Below are positions 17,511 through 25,381 of a DNA stretch of 29,599 nt, piece after piece. The position numbers and the translations under genes are program-made. Position 1 is the stretch's first letter; each line of letters begins with the position of its first letter. The stretch comes from a virus, in IMG/VR virus record IMGVR_UViG_3300028568_000037. One strand, written 5' to 3'. Under the pieces are notes generated by a model that searched no databases, was not told the DNA's origin, and worked only from the letters and a program-made list of their open reading frames with translations.

Positions 17511-18410
17511 ATGGCTCTTAAGCGTGCATATATCTTTGATTTTGATGAAACATTGGTAACCACTAATGCAAGAATACATGTTTATAGAGATGGTGTTTAT
17601 TCTTATTCAATGAATTCAAAAGAATACAATTTTTATCAACGTAAAAAAGGAGATTCTTTAGATTTTTCAGACTTTAATGATGCCAATCTTATTTTAACTG
17701 CCAAAAAATACAAAATGTGGCCAGTAATTTATAATATAAATAAAGCTGTTAAAGAAGACCGAAGTACATCTGCTATTTTTATTTTAACTGCCAGATCTCC
17801 AATAGTTAAATCTGCAATTTATGAATTTCTTAAGAAAAATGGAATAGACATAAATATTAACAATATTTTAACAATTGGGGATGATAATGCTTTAATAAAC
17901 GTTTCAGAAGAAAAGAAAACGGTTCTTAGAAAATTGTCACAAAAATATGATGATATTATATTCTTCGATGATGATCCTAAGAATATTCAATTAGCCCAAG
18001 GCATTAAAAATGTTAGAACACGCTTAGTAGAAAATATTGGAACTCCAATGGCTACACTTACTAATGTCCCAGGAATGGGAAATGCTATTCCAGCTGGCCC
18101 AGGTACTATAGGTTCAGGAGATCTTTTTGGAACATCTTTTGACAAAAAACCATATACTCAATCAGTTAAAACTAAAAGAAAAAGAAGAAATAAAATAAGA
18201 GCTAAAACGGTTAAAGAATCAAACTTGAATCCGTATGATAAAATAGGAATAGCGATGGCAAAGAAAATGAAAGTTAAATTGCCGTTTCAAAAAATAAACA
18301 AAAAAGAAAATCAAAATGCTATGAAACAACAAAAACTTGAACATCAAATTATTACGTTAGACGAATTTACTAAAGAAATAAATGAACTCAAAGTACAAGA
18401 TATAAATTAA
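17511..18410 (+). CDS. HAD-superfamily phosphatase with an appended C-terminal basic module
   Basis: Motif I FDFDETLV (DxDxT), motif II ILTARS, motif IV FFDDDPKN; after LVEN comes MATLTNVPGMGNA...GSGD and a Lys/Arg-rich tail. Confidence 0.75.
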   Translation: MALKRAYIFDFDETLVTTNARIHVYRDGVYSYSMNSKEYNFYQRKKGDSLDFSDFNDANLILTAKKYKMWPVIYNINKAVKEDRSTSAIFILTARSPIVKSAIYEFLKKNGIDININNILTIGDDNALINVSEEKKTVLRKLSQKYDDIIFFDDDPKNIQLAQGIKNVRTRLVENIGTPMATLTNVPGMGNAIPAGPGTIGSGDLFGTSFDKKPYTQSVKTKRKRRNKIRAKTVKESNLNPYDKIGIAMAKKMKVKLPFQKINKKENQNAMKQQKLEHQIITLDEFTKEINELKVQDIN

Positions 18411-18423
18411 AATAATTAATCCT

Positions 18424-18648
18424 ATGAAAAATTTAGTTTACGAATCATTAGACGAACTTTATGAATCAAAGAAAGTTCCTAGAACTAAAAAAGGAAAACA
18501 AAGAAAATTCAAAAAAACCATGGGAGAATGGAAAGATGGTGAATTAAACATAGGAAAATCAGACAAAAAAGTTCCAAGAACTAAAGAAGGTCATAAACAA
18601 GCAATTGCAATTGCATTATCACAAACAGGACAATCAAAGAAAAAATAG
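18424..18648 (+). CDS. Small basic DUF6496-like protein with a MKNLVYESLDELYESKK leader
   Basis: KTMGEWKDGELNIG...KQAIAIALSQ matches the pattern of DUF6496 (KVMxEFKxGxL...KQAIAIALSEA); KKVPRTK occurs twice. Confidence 0.65.
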   Translation: MKNLVYESLDELYESKKVPRTKKGKQRKFKKTMGEWKDGELNIGKSDKKVPRTKEGHKQAIAIALSQTGQSKKK

Positions 18649-18677
18649 CTTATCTTTAAAAACTTTCTTCGATTCTG

Positions 18678-18686
18678 TGATATAAT
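18678..18686 (+). promoter_or_regulatory. Possible extended -10 promoter (TGnTATAAT) for the nucleotide-metabolism genes
   Basis: TGATATAAT upstream of the dUTPase ATG; no good -35 element. Confidence 0.3.
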
Positions 18687-18703
18687 TATCAAAATGTATT
18701 TAT

Positions 18704-19240
18704 ATGACAGACACAATTAAGTTTTTAAAGGTGCGTGATGTTAAATCGCCAAGTCGCGCAAATGAATATGATGCAGGAATAGATTTTTATGTTCCAGAAT
18801 TTACTAAAGAATTTATAAAAGATCTAAGAGCAAAAAATTCTTATGTACTTTGTAATAAAGATGGTGACATTCAAATAACGGATAATATTCAAATAAATCC
18901 TCATCAAAAAATTTTAATTCCATCTGGTATTTATTGTCAAATGGCTTCCCCACACAGGGCATTAATAGCAGCGAATAAATCTGGGGTGGCTTCAAAGCTT
19001 GGATTAATTTTTGGCGCGCAAGTCGTAGATTCATCATATCAAGGTGAAATACATATAAATCTTATTAATACAACTGATTATCCTGTAATTATTACACCGG
19101 GTATGAAAATTATACAATTTCTTGAAATGCCTATTTATACTTCTAATATCGAGATATTTGAAAATATGCAACTAAAAGAGTTTTATGAAAAAGAAACAAC
19201 TCGAGGGCCAGGAGGCTTTGGCAGCACTGATCATAAATAA
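18704..19240 (+). CDS. dut: Trimeric dUTPase
   Basis: Five dUTPase motifs: AGIDF, NKSG, VVDSSYQGEI, IIQF, RGPGGFGST. Confidence 0.9.
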   Translation: MTDTIKFLKVRDVKSPSRANEYDAGIDFYVPEFTKEFIKDLRAKNSYVLCNKDGDIQITDNIQINPHQKILIPSGIYCQMASPHRALIAANKSGVASKLGLIFGAQVVDSSYQGEIHINLINTTDYPVIITPGMKIIQFLEMPIYTSNIEIFENMQLKEFYEKETTRGPGGFGSTDHK

Positions 19241-19267
19241 AAAATAAACAATTAAAAAGAAAAAATC

Positions 19268-19489
19268 GTGAAAATTAATCTTAAACAAGTAGCAAAATTG
19301 GAAAAACAATTCTGCTACGAAAATCCGGTAGCATTTAATACGCTCCAAAAAATGATAGAGCTCGTTTTATCATATAATGATACTTCATATGCAACTGCAC
19401 CAGATAATGTTAAATTAGCATTTATAACACTTAAAGAACTCGAAGTTATTACAGAACCAATGCCTGATGTAAAACAATTAAATTCTTAA
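19268..19489 (+). CDS. Hypothetical 73-aa protein (GTG start)
   Basis: Fills the gap in a co-oriented operon; no motif recognised. Confidence 0.55.
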   Translation: MKINLKQVAKLEKQFCYENPVAFNTLQKMIELVLSYNDTSYATAPDNVKLAFITLKELEVITEPMPDVKQLNS

Positions 19490-19492
19490 AAT

Positions 19493-19876
19493 ATGAGAAG
19501 AACACGAGTTTATATCGCATCTCCTTATTCGTTTGGTAATAAAGAAGAACTCGTTAAAAAACAGTTTGAGATAGCATATCATTTATTGAAAATGGGCTTT
19601 AATCCTTATGCTCCTCTTTATAACCATTTCATACAAGAAACATATCCCGATGTTGATAGTAATTTTTCGTGGATTGAACTTGATAAAGAATGGCTTGAAC
19701 TTTGTGATATATTAGTACGTTTTCATTTTAAAGATGAAAACGGCGTAGAAATTCCAAGCCAGGGAGCAGATGAAGAAGAAGCTCATGCAAAGGCGTTAGG
19801 AATTCATGTTTTTCATTTTGACAAAATCGAGGATATGGTTGAATACATGCAAATTATAGATTTTTATAAGTTGTAA
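19493..19876 (+). CDS. Nucleoside 2-deoxyribosyltransferase-like protein (DUF1937/DUF4406 type)
   Basis: VYIASPYS, WLELCDIL and SQGADEEEAHAKALGI follow the NDT-fold pattern (YIAGP...D...SxGAxxE). Confidence 0.7.
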   Translation: MRRTRVYIASPYSFGNKEELVKKQFEIAYHLLKMGFNPYAPLYNHFIQETYPDVDSNFSWIELDKEWLELCDILVRFHFKDENGVEIPSQGADEEEAHAKALGIHVFHFDKIEDMVEYMQIIDFYKL

Positions 19877-19888
19877 TGTAAGTTATAA

Positions 19889-20171
19889 AACTATTGATAC
19901 GATAGTTATTTTAACAAAAGATTAATCTAAAGCGTTAATCTTTTGTTGTCTTGCTAAATATAAAACAAAAACTTATAATACAAGAAACTATAAATTAAAT
20001 AACTTATAACTCTTGTTCATTTGATTAGTATTGCACTAATCAAATCTTTCTGAAACTTTGAAAGTTTCAAGTGGCGGATTATAATCGCCCATAAATTTTT
20101 GAAGTCTAAGCTTCATTAACTTTTATAACTTGATTACCCTTTAGTTGACCTCTAAGGGGCGTATAAAAGTT
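19889..20171 (+). ncRNA. Candidate structured non-coding RNA or cis-element (at least six consecutive hairpins)
   Basis: Stems at 19889-19907, 19913-19947 (13 bp perfect), 20019-20045 (11 bp), 20051-20069, 20073-20089, 20100-20115 and 20118-20171 (10-bp outer and 8-bp inner stem). Several extending pairs are G-U only on the plus strand. Confidence 0.45.
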
Positions 20172-20268
20172 TTCTTTTATTATATATTAAAATTTTTAAA
20201 GAAAAATAGCTTTTATACGATATTATTTTAATTATAATTATTATAAAATATTATTAACTATTTATATT

Positions 20269-21702
20269 ATGATTGTTAATATAGAGCAATATCAAGGAAA
20301 ATTAGTAGTATCTTATGTTAAACAAGATGGAACAATCGGGTTTACGCAATTTAATATCCCGGCTTCTCATCAATATATTTATGTGTATGCAACAAGAGGC
20401 ATGGGCACACCCGGTATCCAATCATGGGATTTTAAGCCAGTTCGTAAAATTCCTACACGATTTCTTAGCAGAAACAGGATTCAAGAATTTTTCATAGAAG
20501 CAGGTGAACAAAACACTAAACATTTGTTTGAACCCAACATGCCAAATTTGTATGGTGCAGATATTGAAGTAGAAGTAACTGATGATGGATTTGCTGATCC
20601 TGAAATAGCTAACAATAAAATAACTGCGATATCATTTTCACATTATCCTGATATTACAGTATTTGGATTAAAACCACTATCTGGGGAAGAATGTAAAGAA
20701 ATAGAAGATAAAATAAATAATCATATTAGTAAGTTTGGAAAAAAGTATCAATTTGTTTATAAGTATCATAAAAATGAAGCAGATATGCTTTATGATTTTC
20801 TTTATAACTATGTTCGTCATGCACCTCTTATAGCAGGATGGAACTTTTGGAATTATGATTGGAGGTACATTATAAATAGATGTCGTAAATTAAACTTAGA
20901 CATATCATGGGTATCTCCAACTAAACAATGGTATGAGCATAAAATAAAAGATAGAAATAAAAACGTAATTGTAATGCTTCCATATCATAAGCTTATTATT
21001 GATTATATGACTATTTATCAGAAATGGGATAGAACTATAGAAGTAAAAGAAAATGATACTCTTGAATATGTTGCAGAAACAGCTTTAGGCATTACAAAAA
21101 TTAAGTATCCTGGTACTCTTCAAGAATTATACGAAAGAGACTATACGCAATTTATATTTTATAGTGCTATTGACAGTATTCTTATTGAATTTTTAGATAA
21201 AAAACTTAAGACTATGATAACATTCTTGAACTTAGGAAACATTACAAAAGTTGAAGCAATGTCTGCGTTTTCACCAATTTTAATGTTAGAGGCAACATTG
21301 GTTAGATACGCATATCGAAGAGGACAAGTTTTTCCAAAAAAGGAAGAAATGAAACAAGGAGAAGGTTATGAAGGCGCATTTGTTTTTGAACCAATTCCTA
21401 ATATGTATGAATGGGTGGTCTCATTTGACTTTGCGTCACTTTATCCTTCAATTATGCGTCAATTTAAGCTTTCCATTGAAAACTTTTTATTTAAAGATAA
21501 AAATTATACACCAAAGGCAAATGAAATTAAAGCTGCAAATGGTGCTGTGTTTGATGCATCATATGAACCTTTAATCTCAGAAATTCTCACAGATTATTAT
21601 AATCAACGTAAAGAAACTAAAAAAGTTTCAATAAACGCGGAAAAGGAAGCTGACGCTCTCAAACATATACTGGATAAAAGATTAAAGGACGCAAAACTTT
21701 AA
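20269..21702 (+). CDS. 43: Family B DNA polymerase, N-terminal subunit of a split gp43 (3'-5' exonuclease plus palm motif A)
   Basis: ExoI ADIEVE, ExoII GWNFWNYDW, ExoIII YSAID, GAFVFEP and motif A SFDFASLYPSI. The ORF ends in the fingers, without motif B (KxxxNSxYG) or motif C (YGDTDS). Confidence 0.9.
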   Translation: MIVNIEQYQGKLVVSYVKQDGTIGFTQFNIPASHQYIYVYATRGMGTPGIQSWDFKPVRKIPTRFLSRNRIQEFFIEAGEQNTKHLFEPNMPNLYGADIEVEVTDDGFADPEIANNKITAISFSHYPDITVFGLKPLSGEECKEIEDKINNHISKFGKKYQFVYKYHKNEADMLYDFLYNYVRHAPLIAGWNFWNYDWRYIINRCRKLNLDISWVSPTKQWYEHKIKDRNKNVIVMLPYHKLIIDYMTIYQKWDRTIEVKENDTLEYVAETALGITKIKYPGTLQELYERDYTQFIFYSAIDSILIEFLDKKLKTMITFLNLGNITKVEAMSAFSPILMLEATLVRYAYRRGQVFPKKEEMKQGEGYEGAFVFEPIPNMYEWVVSFDFASLYPSIMRQFKLSIENFLFKDKNYTPKANEIKAANGAVFDASYEPLISEILTDYYNQRKETKKVSINAEKEADALKHILDKRLKDAKL

Positions 21703-21793
21703 CACATTTTTAATAGTTTTATGTTGTTAAATTTTTTTAAAAGATAATAAATAACTTGATACTACAAAACTAAAATAAAAATATAAAACTCAA

Positions 21794-24700
21794 ATGAATT
21801 TTGAATATACTGAAGCGCAGTTAAATGAAGCCGGCCTCTCCTATTTTAAAGGAGATGTGTTGGCTTCAGACGTATGGATTAAAAAATACGCATTAAAAAA
21901 TAACGATGGAAAATGGGTAGAGGGGCACCCAGAAGAAACGATTAATCGAATGATTAACGAATTCGTAAGAATGGAAAACCAATATCCCAATCCATTGACA
22001 AGGGAAAAAATCGAAGAACATTTACAAGATTTTAAGTATTTTATACCTGGCGGTTCTATTTTATTTGGACTGGGAAATCCTTATCAAGTTTCATCACTAG
22101 GAAATTGTTTTTTTATTCATAACGGGGCAGATTCCTATGGTGGCATTTTTAATATTGATGAGTCTATAGTTCAACTTATGAAACGTAGAGGAGGCGTAGG
22201 CATAACACTTGAAAATCTTAGACCATCACAAGCTAGAGTTAACAATGCGGCCCAAACATCAACTGGAGCAGTTTCCTTTATGGATAGGTTTTCTAACTCA
22301 ACCAGAGAAGTTGCCCAAGATGGAAGGCGAGGAGCGCTTATGATTTCTTTAAATGTTAATCATCCAAATATTAAAGAATTTATAACAAAAAAGGATGATT
22401 TAACTAAAGTAACAGGGGCTAATGTATCAGTTAAAATTACTGATGAATTTATGAAAGCTGTTGAATTAGACGCTGATTACATTTTAAAGTGGCCAGTTGA
22501 TGATAAACAGCCCGTTATTAATGAACAATACGCCTATAATAAACTTTATGAAAGAGAAGATGGTTCTTATATCATGAAAGTAAAAGCCCGAGAAGTATGG
22601 GACATGATTATTAAACAGGCTCATAAAAATGCAGAACCAGGTGTTTTGTTTTGGGATACTATTATTAGCGAATCGCCTGCAGATTGCTATCAAGAGTTTG
22701 GTTTTAAAACACTTGGGACAAACCCATGTATAGTTGGAGATACCTTAGTGGCTGTTGCTGATGGGAGAAATACTGTATCAATAAAACAACTTGCGGAAGA
22801 AGGAAAAGATATACCCGTGTATTGTTTAAATGAAAACGGGAAACTTTCTATTAAAACTATGAGGAATCCTCGAATAACAGGTTATAATCAACCTGTTTAT
22901 AAAATTACTTTAGAAAATGGACATACTATTAAAGTTACGGATAATCATAAATTTAGATTAACGTCAGGGGAATATAAAGAAACAAAAGATTTAAAGTACG
23001 GAGATAGTTTGCATATTTTAACAAAATATGTGGCATCATTAAATGAAATATTTAAAAGACCAGGTTCAAGAGGCGCTAATTATTGGTGGCTTAAAAATGG
23101 ATTAGAAGCCAATAAATCTGAACATAGATTTATTTTTGAAAATTTTAATAATAAAATACATCCATTTAGAGGATTTAATGGAACGACTTCATTTGCAAAA
23201 TTTATAGCATTAAAGTTGGGATATGAATATGTAGATAAAAATACAAGAATACTGAGAAATTATCAAGATGCTTTGGAAAATGGCTATAATGCAAAAATAA
23301 CTGACGATAATCAACTTTTAGTTGAAAGAATTTGTGAAGAATGCGGCAAACCATTTTGGACGTATTATTATAGAAGAGAATATGCTATATGCTCAACCTC
23401 CTGCTCTAATAAATATGTAAATAGGACCACAGATACTAATAAAAGAAGAACCGAAACAATAAATAAAACCTATCAAAGAAAGGGAGAAGAAAAAACCCAA
23501 AAACAAATTAAGATATTTAGTGATCTTAAATTTAACTTAAAAAGAGAACCAACATATGACGAATGGACACAAGCATGTAAAGAAAATAATATCCCATATC
23601 GTTTAGGGACTAAATATAGTTTAAAAACGTTTGACGAAATTAAAGAACATGCAGAATTATATAATCATAAAGTTGTATCAGTCGAATTCTGTGGATACGA
23701 AAATGTATATAATGGAACTGTAGATAACTACCATAATTTCTTTTGCGGAGGATTTGAAGAAAAAACTAAATCCGGAAAAATAAAATTGCTATTTTTGAAT
23801 AATTTGCAATGCGGCGAGGTGCCCCTAAGCACGCACGATTCATGCAGGCTGGGATCAATTAATCTCAGTAACATGATAGATAATCCTTACACAAAAAAGG
23901 CAAAAATTAATTATAACCTATTATCTGAGGTCTCAAGATTCTCTCAGAGGCTCATGGATGACATCGTATCCCTCGAAGAAGAAAAGATAATGGATATTAT
24001 ATCTAAGATCGAAAGTGACCCTGAGGACATAGAAATAAAAAGAACAGAATTAAATCTTTGGAATAAAGTGTTAACGGTGTTACGAAAAGGAAGAAGAACA
24101 GGAATAGGTGTTCTTGGTCTTGGTGACATGTTGGCAAAATTAAACATAAGATATGGAACAAAAGAAGCAACTGTAACTATTGATAAAGTTTTTAAAACAA
24201 TTGCAGTAAATTCATATAAAGAATCGGTTCAACTTGCCAAAGAAAGAGGTTGTTTTCCAATATGGAATGCGGACAAAGAGGCGCAAAATCCTTTTATTAT
24301 ACGTGTAATTAGTAACAACTTTTCAACGGAAGAATATAATGACTATTTACAGTATGGAAGGCGTAACATCGCCAATCTTTCGATTGCACCTACGGGAACA
24401 TTGTCGATATTAGCCCGAACAACCTCTGGCATTGAACCAGTTTTTAAATGCTATTATAAGAGAAGAAGAAAAATAAATCCCAATGAACAAGGTGTTAAAG
24501 TGGACTATAAAGATGAAAATGGAGATAGCTGGCAAGAATATAACGTTTTTCATTCGGAGTTTGAAAAATGGGCCTCTGAAAATGGTTACATGATACATAA
24601 TGTATCGGATAATGAATTAGATAATATAATTAAACTTTCACCATGGGCAGGTGCTCAGGCGCATGAAATAGATTATAAGGAAAAGATTAACATGCAAGGT

Positions 24701-25381
24701 GTTATTCAAAAGTGGATTGATCATAGTATTAGTGTAACACATAATTTGCCTGCAGATATTTCTATTGAGGAAGTTAACAAAATTTATTTTCATGCATGGA
24801 AAGTAGGGTGCAAAGGTTGTACAATTTATAGAGAAGGTTCAAGAGCAGGTGTATTGATAACAAAGAAAAAAGAAGAAGATGATTTTTTGCCAACTAATGC
24901 CCCTAAAAGACCTAAAGAGTTAAAGGCAGATTATTACGTAGCAACAGCAAATGGTGTTAAATATGCGGTTATTGTTGGTTTATATAAAGATAGGCCTTAT
25001 GAAATATTTGCATTTGAAAATCCACCACTTGATAAAAACGTAGACGGAAGAATCGTGAAAATTAAAAAAGGACATTACAAGTTTATAAACCATGATTTTG
25101 AAATTGATAACTTGCAATTATCAGCAGACAGAGTAGAACAAAGGGCTCACACGATTTTACTTAGTATGTTGTTAAGACACAGGGCTCCAATAGAGCATGT
25201 AGTCAATGTTGCAAAAAAGATCGATGAAAACATTACATCATTTAGTTCGGCTTGTCGTAGAGTATTGTCAAGATATATTTCTGAAGAAAAATTAAATGAA
25301 AAATGCCCCGAATGTGGAGGCAATTTAGTAAGAGAAGAAGGATGCGTGCATTGTAATACGTGTAGTTACTCTAAATGTTAA
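21794..25381 (+). CDS. nrdJ: Class II (adenosylcobalamin-dependent) ribonucleotide reductase containing an intein
   Basis: SLGNCF, RRGGVG, TNP/CGE active-site loop, SIAPTGTLS, IYREGSR and a C-terminal Zn-ribbon CPECGG...EGCVHCNTCSYSKC. The N-terminus YFKGDVLASDVWIKKYALK is Bacteroidota-like. Confidence 0.92.
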   Translation: MNFEYTEAQLNEAGLSYFKGDVLASDVWIKKYALKNNDGKWVEGHPEETINRMINEFVRMENQYPNPLTREKIEEHLQDFKYFIPGGSILFGLGNPYQVSSLGNCFFIHNGADSYGGIFNIDESIVQLMKRRGGVGITLENLRPSQARVNNAAQTSTGAVSFMDRFSNSTREVAQDGRRGALMISLNVNHPNIKEFITKKDDLTKVTGANVSVKITDEFMKAVELDADYILKWPVDDKQPVINEQYAYNKLYEREDGSYIMKVKAREVWDMIIKQAHKNAEPGVLFWDTIISESPADCYQEFGFKTLGTNPCIVGDTLVAVADGRNTVSIKQLAEEGKDIPVYCLNENGKLSIKTMRNPRITGYNQPVYKITLENGHTIKVTDNHKFRLTSGEYKETKDLKYGDSLHILTKYVASLNEIFKRPGSRGANYWWLKNGLEANKSEHRFIFENFNNKIHPFRGFNGTTSFAKFIALKLGYEYVDKNTRILRNYQDALENGYNAKITDDNQLLVERICEECGKPFWTYYYRREYAICSTSCSNKYVNRTTDTNKRRTETINKTYQRKGEEKTQKQIKIFSDLKFNLKREPTYDEWTQACKENNIPYRLGTKYSLKTFDEIKEHAELYNHKVVSVEFCGYENVYNGTVDNYHNFFCGGFEEKTKSGKIKLLFLNNLQCGEVPLSTHDSCRLGSINLSNMIDNPYTKKAKINYNLLSEVSRFSQRLMDDIVSLEEEKIMDIISKIESDPEDIEIKRTELNLWNKVLTVLRKGRRTGIGVLGLGDMLAKLNIRYGTKEATVTIDKVFKTIAVNSYKESVQLAKERGCFPIWNADKEAQNPFIIRVISNNFSTEEYNDYLQYGRRNIANLSIAPTGTLSILARTTSGIEPVFKCYYKRRRKINPNEQGVKVDYKDENGDSWQEYNVFHSEFEKWASENGYMIHNVSDNELDNIIKLSPWAGAQAHEIDYKEKINMQGVIQKWIDHSISVTHNLPADISIEEVNKIYFHAWKVGCKGCTIYREGSRAGVLITKKKEEDDFLPTNAPKRPKELKADYYVATANGVKYAVIVGLYKDRPYEIFAFENPPLDKNVDGRIVKIKKGHYKFINHDFEIDNLQLSADRVEQRAHTILLSMLLRHRAPIEHVVNVAKKIDENITSFSSACRRVLSRYISEEKLNEKCPECGGNLVREEGCVHCNTCSYSKC
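22727..23809 (+). mobile_element. Intein (361 aa) inserted before the catalytic Cys of NrdJ, ending in Gln
   Basis: TNP|CIVGDTLV (block A), VTDNHKF (block B TxxH), VYNGTVDNYHNFF (block F), ends NNLQ|CGEVPL; removal restores TNPCGEVPL. Confidence 0.9.

Noticed and set aside
19877-20268. Group I intron, tRNA, tmRNA or CRISPR array in the structured gap
   Set aside because: No P7 R/S core motifs and no interrupted exon; no cloverleaf or T-loop; no repeat-spacer periodicity.
21600-21793. Split intein or frameshift joining polB to a downstream half
   Set aside because: No Cys/Ser-initiated intein block A at the C-terminus, and no motif B or C in any frame before nrdJ.
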